Shown here: in pieces, positions 29,582 to 40,193 of the stretch
Layout: each line of letters starts with the position of its first letter
Numbering within the stretch: the stretch's first letter is position 1
NCBI GenBank assembly: GCA_021513695.1
Contig: CP084166.1
Coordinates: 2,848,001-2,912,000, forward strand
DNA length: 64,000 nucleotides
Direction: 5' to 3'
From: Candidatus Heimdallarchaeum aukensis
Lineage (GTDB): Archaea > Asgardarchaeota > Heimdallarchaeia > Heimdallarchaeales > Heimdallarchaeaceae
Program-made: the position numbers and the translations under genes
Notes under the pieces: model-generated
Seen by the model: the letters and a program-made list of their open reading frames with translations, nothing else
Database searches by the model: none
What the model was told of the DNA's origin: nothing

Positions 29582-31198
29582 TTAATGTTCTTTGTTTTTT
29601 AAAGCTCTAGAAATAAAGTAATTATAAGGTGGAGAAGGTTTTTTTGGTTTAGAGTTAAATTCAGGATGGAATTGAGTAGCTATAAAGTTGGGATTGTCTT
29701 TATATTCTAAAGTTTCCATTCTTCTACCATCTTCTGATTTTCCTGAAAAATGTAATCCATGTTTTTCTAGATCTTGAATAAATTTAGGATTAACTTCATA
29801 TCTATGTCTGTGCCTTTCTATACAGAAATCAGCGTTATACATCGAATGAAAAATAGAGTCTCTTTCTAAAAGAACTCTGTGTGCTCCTAAACGCATCGTT
29901 CCTCCTTTTTCATGTATATCATGTTGTTCTGGTAAAAGGTCAATTACTGGGTAAAGTGTTTTTTCGTTTACTTCAGTTGTATGAGCTTTTTCCATATTAC
30001 AAACGTTTCTTGCGAACTCAACGACACTTAATTGAAAACCAAAACATACACCCAAAAAAGGTATTTTATTTTCTCTCGCGAAACGTATAATATTGATTTT
30101 ACCTTCTACTCCCCTAGAACCGAAACCTCCTGGAACAAGAATTCCATCGTACTTTAGTAATTCGTGAAATGGTTTTTCTTCTCCCTCAAATCTTTCAGAA
30201 GAAATGAATTCAACGTTAACCTTTGTATTGTTTGTTATTCCTGCATGTTTTAAAGCCTCTTTTATGCTTATGTAAGAATCTGCTAAACGTGTATATTTCC
30301 CAATAATTGCAATTGTAACTTCATTTTCAGCGTTAAGGAGTTTATCGATTATTTTTTCATCTTCCATCCAATTTGCTTTTACATTTTCATAATTTAAAAT
30401 CCAATTAAGAGTTGAACCGAAACCTTGTTTATCTAAATAAATGGGAGCTCTTAAAACTGTGTCTAAATCAGGAAGTGAAAAAACAGCGTTTGCAGGGACA
30501 TCGCAAAACATAACTATTTTCTCTTTGGCTTCTTCAGTAAGGTCTTGTTCACCTCTAGCAATTATAATATCAGGGGTCAAACCCATAGATTGTAATTCTC
30601 TAACTGCATGCTGTGTGGGTTTGGTTTTTAATTCTTTTAGATTTGGAGGTTTCATAACATAAGTGAGAAGAATAAGCGCAGTGTCTTCTTTTGGTGTTTC
30701 TCTTCTCAATTGTCTGATAGCTTCCAAAAATGGTTGTGATTCAATATCTCCTATTGTTCCTCCCACCTCTATAATCAGAACATCAATATCTTTATTGTTT
30801 TCAGCCACTTTTTTTATTCTTGCTTTAATTTCATCTGTTATATGAGGAATAACCTGAACAGTTTTTCCTAGAAAATCTCCTCTCCTTTCTGCTTCTATAA
30901 CAGAGAGATAAACTTGTCCTGTAGTAATGTTTTGCTCTGCATTCATTTCTAAATCTAGCATTCGCTCATAGTGGCCAAAATCCACATCTAATTCTGCACC
31001 GTCAGCTGTAACATATGTTTCTCCATGTTCGAAGGGATTCATAGTCCCTGCATCAATATTAAGATAGGGGTCAATCTTGATAACATTAATTTTTTTTCCT
31101 CTAATTTGTAAATTGCGACCAACAGAAGAAGTAACTATACCTTTCCCTAATCCTGATATCAGAGCTCCGCAAACAAAAACATATTTGGGCATATTCAT
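29582..31198 (-). CDS. pyrG: CTP synthase
   Basis: MPKYVFVCGALISGLGKGIVTSS synthetase domain start. C-terminal glutamine amidotransferase with GVCFGFQ catalytic Cys and HPEF His. Start may be the third codon (MPKY...). Confidence 0.9.
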   Translation of the reverse strand: MNMPKYVFVCGALISGLGKGIVTSSVGRNLQIRGKKINVIKIDPYLNIDAGTMNPFEHGETYVTADGAELDVDFGHYERMLDLEMNAEQNITTGQVYLSVIEAERRGDFLGKTVQVIPHITDEIKARIKKVAENNKDIDVLIIEVGGTIGDIESQPFLEAIRQLRRETPKEDTALILLTYVMKPPNLKELKTKPTQHAVRELQSMGLTPDIIIARGEQDLTEEAKEKIVMFCDVPANAVFSLPDLDTVLRAPIYLDKQGFGSTLNWILNYENVKANWMEDEKIIDKLLNAENEVTIAIIGKYTRLADSYISIKEALKHAGITNNTKVNVEFISSERFEGEEKPFHELLKYDGILVPGGFGSRGVEGKINIIRFARENKIPFLGVCFGFQLSVVEFARNVCNMEKAHTTEVNEKTLYPVIDLLPEQHDIHEKGGTMRLGAHRVLLERDSIFHSMYNADFCIERHRHRYEVNPKFIQDLEKHGLHFSGKSEDGRRMETLEYKDNPNFIATQFHPEFNSKPKKPSPPYNYFISRALKNKEH

Positions 31199-31354
31199 CG
31201 TTAACCAGAAACGTAAATAAATTTATCTACAAGGAATTACTTAAGAAAAGGTTTGTTATTTTTTTTGCTTTTTAGTTTTTTAAGCTCTTATTATATAACT
31301 CTGAATGTGAAATATAATAGTTAATAATTTCCCAAAGAATATACAAAGTGTTGA

Positions 31355-31894
31355 TTATCCGACCATTATTTTCCATTTTTCTACGGCATCTGCTACAATA
31401 TCATACAACCATTTTTCTTCAACAGTAAGGTTTCTAATTGTACTTGTAATGTTTTTTGACTTTGTGCTCATATTAATAACTTTATTTAATCTTAAAGTCA
31501 TCAATTCACGTAACTCTATCTCTAAAATCTCTAGTTCTCTAAATGAAATAGTTTTTTGTTCTTTAAACTCTTCAATAGTTTTTTTAGCTATAATATAAAA
31601 AAAAGGATCTATTGGCTGTAGAGCTTTTTTCGCTTTCTCTTTTTCTGTAAGGAAATGAACTGAACTGAGGTTGAATTTTTTCAAAAAGTCATATTCTACT
31701 AAAGATTCCTTGTGAAGAATATATGCAATCCAGAACGGAATCTGAAGAATTGATCCTTTCTGGAGTTTGATTTTTTTTCCTCCTATATCAAATTCTTCTC
31801 TTGATTCTAAGCACTTAACTTCTACTTTTTTTTCTTCGAAATCATGTTGCAATCTTTCAAGTTCTTTTAACACTTCATCTTTTGTTAAATGCAT
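31355..31894 (-). CDS. GINS subunit, Psf2/Gins23-like
   Basis: 179 aa with a beta-rich N-terminal B-domain then a helical A-domain. [28 protein letters not shown] aligns to human PSF2 [42 protein letters not shown] aligns to FTPMPSPYYMELTK. Confidence 0.55.
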   Translation of the reverse strand: [179 protein letters not shown]

Positions 31895-31934
31895 GCTAAT
31901 TCTTGAATTGAGTTAATACTTTAGAAGTTTTTGA

Positions 31935-34169
31935 TTAAAAGAAATCATCTAAACTTTTTTGTGAGGAAGTAGAAACTGTTTCTTGTTCAAATTCTGTTTC
32001 TAAATCTTCTAAAGAAAAGTCTGCTTCTCCAGTATGAACAAATTTGAGAATTGCTTCAGCTAATTCTTTGCCAAAACGAGGAAGTTTAACTAAATTTTCA
32101 ACTTTTGCTTTTCTTAAATCTTCTAAAGACTTGTATCCATTATCATATAATGCTCGAGCACGTACTCTTCCTATGCCTGGAATCTGTGTAAGATCAAGTA
32201 ATTCTTCTTTTATTCCTACTTTTATCCTTGAATGAAGTCTCTTTATTTTTGTAGCTATTTCAGAATAACCTAGTAGTTCAGCTAATTCTCCTCCAGAATA
32301 GAGTATCCATTCTGCGTTTGAAATTATATTGTAAATATCACCACTTCCAATTCCATATCTGCTGAGTATTGTGTCTTCTGGAACTTCATTAATCCAATCT
32401 CTAATAACCAAAGCTGTCTTTAATTGGCTCAAAAAAATATCTATTTCAGCGTAACTTGAAGGGAGTTCTGTCAAAATCTCATCTTCATGTTCAGTAACAA
32501 AATTCATCAGAGGAGTTTGATCAGGTTTTCTATAAGTGATAAATCTCACATCAGGGGTAGAACAAATAAGATGAAGAATAGATATTTCTGTCACTAACTC
32601 TTTGGGCATTCTATTTGCTCTTTCTAGTCCAGAACGAATAATTACTGCACTTCTGGGGTCAATATATAATTCACTTACTCTTTTTCCGAATCTAGTGGGC
32701 AGTAAGACTTCAGGATTATTCTTAACTAATCCTTCTTCCTTAAAAAAGTCTATTACAGATTTAATTAGAGATGATAGATTTACAGGATTTTCTTTATAGC
32801 CATAGAAAGTTTCACTAATGAAATCAAACAATTCTTCCATAGTTCTTGTGTTTTCAGTTGCTATTTGACCTAAAGTTATACGACGTAAAGCAGGTTCAGA
32901 AGCTAATCGCGATTCTATGTCTTCAGTATCTGCAATAATATATCGAGAATAGAGGTCCTGGGCTTCATCTTCATTTCTGGCTACGACGATAGCATCTCCT
33001 TCTTTGTCATATTGAGGACGTCCTGCTCTTCCTGATTGCTGTTTAAACTCAAGAACAGGAATAGGATGACTCCCTAAACTGGTGCTATATCTGTAAATAC
33101 TTTTGATTATCACAAATCGTGCTGGTAAATTTATTCCTGCAGCGAGTGTAGGAGTTGAAGTAAGTATCTTTATATTTCCTTTTTTAAACTCTATTTCTAT
33201 TATCCTTCTTTGAATAGGACTTAAACCTGCATGATGAAAAGCAACACCAGATTGAACAAGTTTGGCGATTTGTTCTGCTTGTTTTGTCCCAGAACTCTGT
33301 TTAACTATTCTTGCTGCAGCTAAAGATAAACTTTCTTTCTCTTTTTGTGTTAGAATTTTGCTTACTTTAGAAGAAACTTTTTTTGCTGTAGTCTCTGCTG
33401 TTTTTCTTGTAGTAAGAAATACAAGTGTTTGATATTTTTTCTTTAGAACATAATCAAGTAAATTAAGAAAAGAGTCTTTGTAAGTTAATGGGATGGAGAC
33501 ATTTTTCAACCCCTTGTAAATAATAGTATTTCCATAGATAACTCCCTCGTGCAACTCTACAGGTCTCCAAGTACTAGATACAAGATTTGCTTCTAACCAT
33601 CTGGATAGCTCATCAGCATTACGAATCGTGGCGCTAAGAGCAATTACTTGTACTTCAGGGTTCTTTTTTAACTGTGCTAAAACAACTTCTAATGTAGGCC
33701 CTCTGTTCATACTGTTGATTAAATGAACTTCATCAGAAATGACTAAACCAACTTTTGATAGCCATTTGCTTTTATGTCTCAGGGCTGAATCTATTTTTTC
33801 GTTAGTTGCAACTATTATGTCTGCATACATGGCTCGATTATCTTCAATGTCATAGTCACCAGTGAGTAAAATAGTTCTTTTTTTTAATTTAGAAAAGAAC
33901 TTTTTGAATTCGAGATATTTTTCATAAGCTAGGGCTCGTAAAGGAGCAAGGTAAAGGACTTTGTAAGAAGTTTCCTCTACTTTTTTTACTGCAGCTAGGA
34001 GAGCTAAAAGAGTTTTTCCAGAAGCAGTAGGTATTGCTATAACAAGATTATCCCCATCTAACAATCCTTTTTTTACTGCTTCAGTCTGAGGAGGATAAAG
34101 TGAACTTATTCCTTGTTTTTCTAGTTCTTCAATAATTTCTTTAGGAATAGGCAATTCAGCAATCTTCAT
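31935..34169 (-). CDS. Ski2-like DNA helicase Hel308/Hjm
   Basis: Walker A AIPTASGKTL, DEVH box, SAT motif ALSATIRN, QQSGRAGR motif VI. C-terminal helix-hairpin-helix LTQIPGIGRVRARALYDNGY. 744 aa. Confidence 0.8.
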   Translation of the reverse strand: MKIAELPIPKEIIEELEKQGISSLYPPQTEAVKKGLLDGDNLVIAIPTASGKTLLALLAAVKKVEETSYKVLYLAPLRALAYEKYLEFKKFFSKLKKRTILLTGDYDIEDNRAMYADIIVATNEKIDSALRHKSKWLSKVGLVISDEVHLINSMNRGPTLEVVLAQLKKNPEVQVIALSATIRNADELSRWLEANLVSSTWRPVELHEGVIYGNTIIYKGLKNVSIPLTYKDSFLNLLDYVLKKKYQTLVFLTTRKTAETTAKKVSSKVSKILTQKEKESLSLAAARIVKQSSGTKQAEQIAKLVQSGVAFHHAGLSPIQRRIIEIEFKKGNIKILTSTPTLAAGINLPARFVIIKSIYRYSTSLGSHPIPVLEFKQQSGRAGRPQYDKEGDAIVVARNEDEAQDLYSRYIIADTEDIESRLASEPALRRITLGQIATENTRTMEELFDFISETFYGYKENPVNLSSLIKSVIDFFKEEGLVKNNPEVLLPTRFGKRVSELYIDPRSAVIIRSGLERANRMPKELVTEISILHLICSTPDVRFITYRKPDQTPLMNFVTEHEDEILTELPSSYAEIDIFLSQLKTALVIRDWINEVPEDTILSRYGIGSGDIYNIISNAEWILYSGGELAELLGYSEIATKIKRLHSRIKVGIKEELLDLTQIPGIGRVRARALYDNGYKSLEDLRKAKVENLVKLPRFGKELAEAILKFVHTGEADFSLEDLETEFEQETVSTSSQKSLDDFF

Positions 34170-34236
34170 TTGGAACCCAAGCTATCTTTAACGACTCTAA
34201 TTATCATTCTAAATAATTCTTTCTAATAGTCCTCTT

Positions 34237-37200
34237 TCACGCCATGCGTATTATCCCCTCACGAGGAGAATAGAGTTCACCATTTTCTCTTAATTGTCTA
34301 ATTACTTTGTCTACAAAATCTCCGTCTATTGAGTACTCTTTTTCAGCAATTTGTTTAACTTTGTTAATAGAAACCTCATTGGAAAAACCTTTCTTCGTTT
34401 CTTCTTTTATAATATCGATAACTTTTTGGAGATTACTTCGTTCACTTCTTGATGTTCCTTGTAAAAAGTAATCTACATCTACTTTTCCAGTTACTGGGTC
34501 TCGTCCTACTTGTTGTAGGGATTCTGTAAGAAGACGAATAGCTGCTTCAGCATGATCAATTGTTACATCTTCTTTTAGAGCCATTCTTGCTTGTGCTTCT
34601 GAAAGACGAATAATGGCTTCTAAATACCTGGGTGTAATAGCAATAGATTTTTTGTCTGATTGTTTTCTGAGATCAAGATAGAATTTTTCTATTCTACGCA
34701 TAGCTTCATCAGTTAATGAAGGTTCAATGTTTTGTTTAGCATAACTAATATATTTTCTTAAAAGATCCATAGAAATAGGAGGTTCTGCAGTAGCTGATAT
34801 TTGTCCTCTTCTTAATTCTAAAATATGTCTAGCCATATTAAGGTCGCTGTCTGGTTCTGGAACATCACGCATAATGTAGATAAGATCAAAACGAGAAATA
34901 ATTGTAGCGGGTAGATTAATATTGTCAACTGGGTGAGAGTTTTCCTCATATCTACCAAATTTAGGGTTAGCAGCAGCAATAATAGCTGTTCTTGCATTAA
35001 GCTGAGCAACGATACCCGCCTTGGCTATGCTAACGGTATTGTGAAGTATTAGTCCCCCTGCAATGAAGGTTTTTGTTGGAATTACAGTAACATCATAAAC
35101 CCATTTTGCTTTAAATTTTCCTTTGTTCTCTATTATTTCAACGTTTTTAACTTTAAGCCATTTGAAATTTAGCATACTTTCAATATAGCTTATTTGATTG
35201 TTGACATAATTAATTTCTTCTTTTAGAAATTGCTTGATCTGAGAAAGAAGCGAAGTCCTAACTTGTACGGTGTAGCCCCCATTCTCACAGTAATCTATTG
35301 TTGAACGGGTACTTTTAATTAATCTTGCAATTCCTGCTTGTGAATAACCAACGAATTCTCTCAGTTCACGAACATTATTTATTTCATAGATTTTTTGGTT
35401 AATGATGTTAATTCTTCTTTTTAATTTCTCTAATTCTCGTTCTACAACAAATTTTGCAATACTATTGTTAAATTTAATATTACCATAGAATCTTCCATTA
35501 TATACCATTCCTAGTCTTTTCATGCAATCAATTAAGCTGATTGCTGTTTCGACTGGTAAAACATCTCTTTTTTTGTGGTTTGCTTTAGTTCTGCTAATGA
35601 ATTTTTTTATTTTTGGATTGTCAGAATGGTGTGGAATAATTTTCCTTACAAAATTATCTAGACTTTCTGCTAAAATATAAACTTTATATCTATATTTTGT
35701 TTTTTTACTTTTGGGCGTTGTATACTTACTTTTATGTATTATAGTAAAGATATCTAGACTTAAGAGTAAATCTTGGTAGTCAACTGCAAGCAATTTTGAA
35801 GAAGTTGAAAAACTAACCGCTTCACTTTCTATTGATCCGTCACCATCAAAAGCAGCAGATAAGAAGGCAATCCGACAATCGTTATCTGCTTCAAATATTT
35901 TTTTAGGTATGCGCTTATAAATACTCTTTTTCATTAACTCTGGGAAATTTTTTGCCATAAAATTATACAATGATTTAGATATGATGCGTAAGACACGTCT
36001 TTTTTCAACGTTATCAATTGGTTCAATACCAAAAGTTGACTTAATAATTTCCTTCATTTCTGATACTATTTTTGGATCATAATTACTTAATCCCACTTCC
36101 ATTGATGAACCACTATAAGAATAACCTTCTGAAACGAAAAAGCCTAAAAACTTGGCTAAAGAGGTATTCATTTTTGTTGGTAGTCGAATTTTTTTATTTC
36201 CTAGTGAGATATCAGTATCTAAAGTGCTATTTGTATTAAAAACTAGATTTTTTACAGCTGGTATAAAGGATCCTTTTTTAACATTTTCAGCAGCTATTTC
36301 TCTTATGATCCCTTTGTGAAAAACGAAGATTGGGTGTTCTGGTGTTACAACAATATCTCTACCATTAGAATATGTGATTTTAATAAAATAGTCTGGTGCT
36401 GTATGACGACTGACACGGTCAATAATTATCGGAAAAGTGTCTTTGAAATCAGTTGTTTGAATGTTGATATTTAAATCTGAAATAGGTAAAATCTCACAAT
36501 TAATACCGTTAACTTTGCGTTCCGGATACTTATCAAATAAAGAATCTACTAGTGAACCAATTTGTGTTACAGTTCCATCAGATAATCTAATTTCAAACAT
36601 AGGATGAAAAGAATGCTGTTCCATAGCTTCATGTATAGCTGAACGATCATGTGCAGTCATTTTGTCGAATTCATCAATTGTGGCTAAACCACGATCTGCC
36701 AGTACTAAAGCTCCCGCTTCCAAAGAAAACTCTCCTGTGTCAGGGTCTCTAACTACTGCTGCAGTGTTGTGAGTAATAAACCCATTAACTATAAAATTGT
36801 GCGTTTGTGGGACAGTTAAGTCATAAACATATTCATCTTCTTTTTCGATAAATTCAACTTTAGTTACTTCATCCCAAAATATTTCGCTTGAAAGGAGCGA
36901 TTCTATAAGTTTAATATCTTGCTTCAACTCAGTGTTTGTTTTACAACTTGATTTAATTTCGCTGATGATACTCTCAATTTCTTTTTTATTGCTATTCTTA
37001 AAATCCAAAATTATGTTGTTATTAAAACTAAGGGTTGTGTTATTACAAAGATTGATTTTTTCTATTAATTCACCTAATAGTTGTTCTATGCAAGAAGCTA
37101 CTTTTCCATCTACTAAACTATCCTTTAAGTCTTTAGAATTTCTTTCTTTAGGGTTAATTGTTCCAACTAAATCTCCTTTAATCAAATCTTTAGCTTTTAT

Positions 37201-38637
37201 CCATACTATTCCTCTCTCTGAAAGAGTGAGAAGAGGAGTCTGTTGAGTTAATTTAATTGTCCTACCACTTTTAGATGAAATCTTTACTAATAAACGAGGA
37301 CTTTTGATTTTCCAGAATTTTTCAATTTTAGCAGAATTGATTTTTAAGTTAGAAGAATTTAAAATAGAATTATAATTTGAATCTGTTTCTAGATTATTTT
37401 CAACAAACCAGAAACCTTCTTGGTATTCTTGTGGTTTGTTGTTTTTAAACTCTCTTTCTACAATGTTTACTATTTTTTCAACCTTATTTTCAAAATATAT
37501 TTCACTATCTGCTGCAACACATAGTCCTGCTGCTGAACTTGCTCGCCCTGAAGTAAAAATACCTCGGGGAGCTAATCTGTTTGCAAAATGAAGAAGTTGG
37601 CTTTTTCCTACACCAGGATCACCAACTAATAATAGATTTGATTCTCCTCTCTGTTTCATTCCATCCGGTGTAACTCTGGAAACTCCTCCAAAGAGTACAG
37701 TAGCAATTGCCTCTTTGATGATTTCATGACCGTAGATAGAGGGAGCGATTGAACGAATGATTTTGTTATGAATGTTAATGTCTCTGGAAAGTTCTAGAAT
37801 CTCTTTTTCGGTGTCAGGATCAATTTCTAATTCTTCGAATTCCTTCTGTCTAGATGCAGCAAAATTGACCTCTAACCAAGGATCAAAAGTAGCCAACTGT
37901 TTCTTTTTTTGTTGTAAAGACGGTTTCATTCTAAGAATACCGTTAACAATTGCTCTATCTCCTGCTCTAACAACATCTACTAAATCTCCAACTAAGTATG
38001 CAGGAAGAGAGCGAGGAATTTGACCAGGAGGAAGGTTTTCTGGCTTTTCTTGAATAGTAATTGTCTGGATATCAGTGTAAGATGATTCTTCTGGAAGGAG
38101 CTTGAAAGGACCTTTTTTTCCACAATCGGGGTTACTACACTGGACAGGTTCAGAATAATAACCTAAATCTTGATCCCAGCTCATTATCTCCCCACAACGG
38201 GTACACTGGAAAACTCCTTGAATAAGAAGAGGTTTGACAACAGATTGACGAAGAACAATACCTTCAACCGAAATAAATTTCCCTAAATGAGTAGCTCGAA
38301 CATGACGTAGATCAACTATGTCCGGGATGTTTGCAAATCTTACTTTGAACCATTGTCTATTTTCTTGTGCATAACTCAAATCTTCTATAGAAATGACTTC
38401 AAAAAGTGCTTCATCTGCATCTTGAAACATAGTTTCAGGTTCGTCTCTAATCATCTGTGCAAGTCCAGGGTCATAACGCAAAATGTCATCATAATTGACA
38501 TAGAGAGAAGTTAAGCCCTCTAAAACCATCTTCTGAATTTGTTCAGTGTAAACATATCTACCATTTTCGTCCATGTAACCTTGAAAAAACTCTTTGAATC
38601 GTTCTGAATACCCTTTTGCAGTTGTATCAATATGCAT
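34237..38637 (-). CDS. mcm: MCM replicative helicase precursor containing two inteins
   Basis: N-terminal Zn finger CTRCGEIMSW...CSNPDCG. P-loop GDPGVGKSQ. GRASSAAGL|C...HN|TAAVVRD and IDEFDKM...EAMEQH|S...HN|TVSIAKAGI mark intein junctions. Extein sum is 689 aa. C-terminal winged helix. Confidence 0.9.
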   Translation of the reverse strand: MHIDTTAKGYSERFKEFFQGYMDENGRYVYTEQIQKMVLEGLTSLYVNYDDILRYDPGLAQMIRDEPETMFQDADEALFEVISIEDLSYAQENRQWFKVRFANIPDIVDLRHVRATHLGKFISVEGIVLRQSVVKPLLIQGVFQCTRCGEIMSWDQDLGYYSEPVQCSNPDCGKKGPFKLLPEESSYTDIQTITIQEKPENLPPGQIPRSLPAYLVGDLVDVVRAGDRAIVNGILRMKPSLQQKKKQLATFDPWLEVNFAASRQKEFEELEIDPDTEKEILELSRDINIHNKIIRSIAPSIYGHEIIKEAIATVLFGGVSRVTPDGMKQRGESNLLLVGDPGVGKSQLLHFANRLAPRGIFTSGRASSAAGLCVAADSEIYFENKVEKIVNIVEREFKNNKPQEYQEGFWFVENNLETDSNYNSILNSSNLKINSAKIEKFWKIKSPRLLVKISSKSGRTIKLTQQTPLLTLSERGIVWIKAKDLIKGDLVGTINPKERNSKDLKDSLVDGKVASCIEQLLGELIEKINLCNNTTLSFNNNIILDFKNSNKKEIESIISEIKSSCKTNTELKQDIKLIESLLSSEIFWDEVTKVEFIEKEDEYVYDLTVPQTHNFIVNGFITHNTAAVVRDPDTGEFSLEAGALVLADRGLATIDEFDKMTAHDRSAIHEAMEQHSFHPMFEIRLSDGTVTQIGSLVDSLFDKYPERKVNGINCEILPISDLNINIQTTDFKDTFPIIIDRVSRHTAPDYFIKITYSNGRDIVVTPEHPIFVFHKGIIREIAAENVKKGSFIPAVKNLVFNTNSTLDTDISLGNKKIRLPTKMNTSLAKFLGFFVSEGYSYSGSSMEVGLSNYDPKIVSEMKEIIKSTFGIEPIDNVEKRRVLRIISKSLYNFMAKNFPELMKKSIYKRIPKKIFEADNDCRIAFLSAAFDGDGSIESEAVSFSTSSKLLAVDYQDLLLSLDIFTIIHKSKYTTPKSKKTKYRYKVYILAESLDNFVRKIIPHHSDNPKIKKFISRTKANHKKRDVLPVETAISLIDCMKRLGMVYNGRFYGNIKFNNSIAKFVVERELEKLKRRINIINQKIYEINNVRELREFVGYSQAGIARLIKSTRSTIDYCENGGYTVQVRTSLLSQIKQFLKEEINYVNNQISYIESMLNFKWLKVKNVEIIENKGKFKAKWVYDVTVIPTKTFIAGGLILHNTVSIAKAGIVAQLNARTAIIAAANPKFGRYEENSHPVDNINLPATIISRFDLIYIMRDVPEPDSDLNMARHILELRRGQISATAEPPISMDLLRKYISYAKQNIEPSLTDEAMRRIEKFYLDLRKQSDKKSIAITPRYLEAIIRLSEAQARMALKEDVTIDHAEAAIRLLTESLQQVGRDPVTGKVDVDYFLQGTSRSERSNLQKVIDIIKEETKKGFSNEVSINKVKQIAEKEYSIDGDFVDKVIRQLRENGELYSPREGIIRMA
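35038..36612 (-). mobile_element. intein 2 in MCM (525 aa, Ser1...His-Asn, +1 Thr) with LAGLIDADG homing endonuclease domain
   Basis: Insertion inside the conserved EAMEQ(Q/H)-TISIAKAGI block. Starts SFHPMF, ends AGGLILHN. LAGLIDADG-like motifs LAKFLGFFVSEGY and IAFLSAAFDGDGSI. Confidence 0.8.
36766..37521 (-). mobile_element. intein 1 in MCM (252 aa, Cys1...His-Asn, +1 Thr), mini-intein or degenerate endonuclease
   Basis: Insertion between the conserved MCM residues SSAAGL and TAAVVRD. Starts CVAADSEIYF, ends FIVNGFITHN. No clear LAGLIDADG pair. Confidence 0.8.
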
Positions 38638-38861
38638 TAAGATCCTTCCTTCTATAGAATAGCAATTATTAGATTGATAATAAGTCTTACTTATTAGACT
38701 ATGTCAAAAAATATAACGAGAAATTAATATATAAACTCAAAAATTAAGTAATAAAGAAAATGGTAGGTAAAATAGAAAAATAATGATGAAAATAAAAAAA
38801 ATTAAACCTATTATTGTTCAAGGAAAAAATATAACATAAGGTTTTGAATAATTAAGTAATA

Positions 38862-40193
38862 ATGACATATACTAGCTCTCACATAACTCTGCAAGGTATA
38901 GCATTATGGACTTTTATGCCAGAAAAAATGAAAGATTATTATAAAACTCATAAATGGGATTTATTAGCAATAAACATCGTTGCAGGTTTCCCAGATATAG
39001 ATATTTTCTTTGGAATACATAGAGAATATACTCATGGAATAATAATCCCTACATTGATTCTACTTCTATCTGTTGTGTATTCTCAAATAATGAAGAAAAA
39101 GAACAAATATCAAAGTAAGAATAAAAGAATCACTCGATTTGTTAGTTTATCAATGCTGATGTGGATTGCACATATTCTAATTGATTTAACTTGGGACGCA
39201 ATAATGCTTTTTTGGCCTTTAGATAATCATTTCTATGATCTTAACTTAATATTCAGATTAAATGCCAGTAACTTAATGCTAGTAGGAATAATCCCCCAGT
39301 GGCAAATTTACTCCAAAACTGAAGGACAAAATATGTTTTTCATCAATCTTACACAAGAACAAAGAGCTAGTATATTCGGAAAGTTTCTTGATTTAACATT
39401 TCCACAATTAACAGTTGAAATAGTGTTAGCAATTGTTTGGTTTTATGTTATTATTTTACCAATGATAAAGAAAAAAAGAAAAAGAAGTGCAGATACGGGA
39501 AGGAAGAGTGAAAAAATTGCAATAAGTAACATCTTAAAAAAACAATCAAGGAGACAAATATCAGCTGTAGGGCTCTTGCTTATACTAATTGGATTAATGT
39601 ATGGTCCTTCAGTAGGAAAAATGAATACCTATGAAGGTAGCTTTGCAGTTTACTTGGCAAATACAGATGCAGTATTTGATCCAACACTAGGTTTTTCTTT
39701 AGAAAATGAAAAAGCAAGGAATATTTCTCTCTTAATAAAAACAGAAATAACAAAAGTGAATTATACTGCGGTACTGTTAATTGTAGATAATAATACTTTT
39801 TCTGCATTCTTCAATAATTTTTGGAATATCACAGATTATTATTATAATAATACTCTAGACTATCTATCTTTAGAAAAGCAGTATTATGATTTAGTAGATG
39901 AAACAATAAATAAAAGTGAAATAGTGAAAGAAGGAAAAATAACTGAAAGTATGAATGAGGTTTCTATAACCCTCTATAGCAATATCCAAGATAGCAGTAG
40001 ATTCTATATTTTATACCTTCTAAAAGAATGGACAATAAATAGTTCTTTTATGTACAAGACGACTGTTTCTGTAAATTATGTAACAGAGAGAATAAATCAA
40101 TTCATTGGAGGAATAGTAATTATCTCTTTTGGAGTATTAGTAGTAGTAGTTGACCAGACTGTGAGCTATCTAGATTATAAAAAGAAGAAGTGA
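38862..40193 (+). CDS. membrane protein with N-terminal DUF457-like membrane-bound metal-dependent hydrolase domain and large extracytoplasmic region
   Basis: FPDIDIFFGIHREYTHG and HILIDLTWD His/Asp-rich TM motifs, reminiscent of the YdjM/DUF457 family. Additional TM helices. 443 aa with a C-terminal TM. Confidence 0.4.
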   Translation: MTYTSSHITLQGIALWTFMPEKMKDYYKTHKWDLLAINIVAGFPDIDIFFGIHREYTHGIIIPTLILLLSVVYSQIMKKKNKYQSKNKRITRFVSLSMLMWIAHILIDLTWDAIMLFWPLDNHFYDLNLIFRLNASNLMLVGIIPQWQIYSKTEGQNMFFINLTQEQRASIFGKFLDLTFPQLTVEIVLAIVWFYVIILPMIKKKRKRSADTGRKSEKIAISNILKKQSRRQISAVGLLLILIGLMYGPSVGKMNTYEGSFAVYLANTDAVFDPTLGFSLENEKARNISLLIKTEITKVNYTAVLLIVDNNTFSAFFNNFWNITDYYYNNTLDYLSLEKQYYDLVDETINKSEIVKEGKITESMNEVSITLYSNIQDSSRFYILYLLKEWTINSSFMYKTTVSVNYVTERINQFIGGIVIISFGVLVVVVDQTVSYLDYKKKK

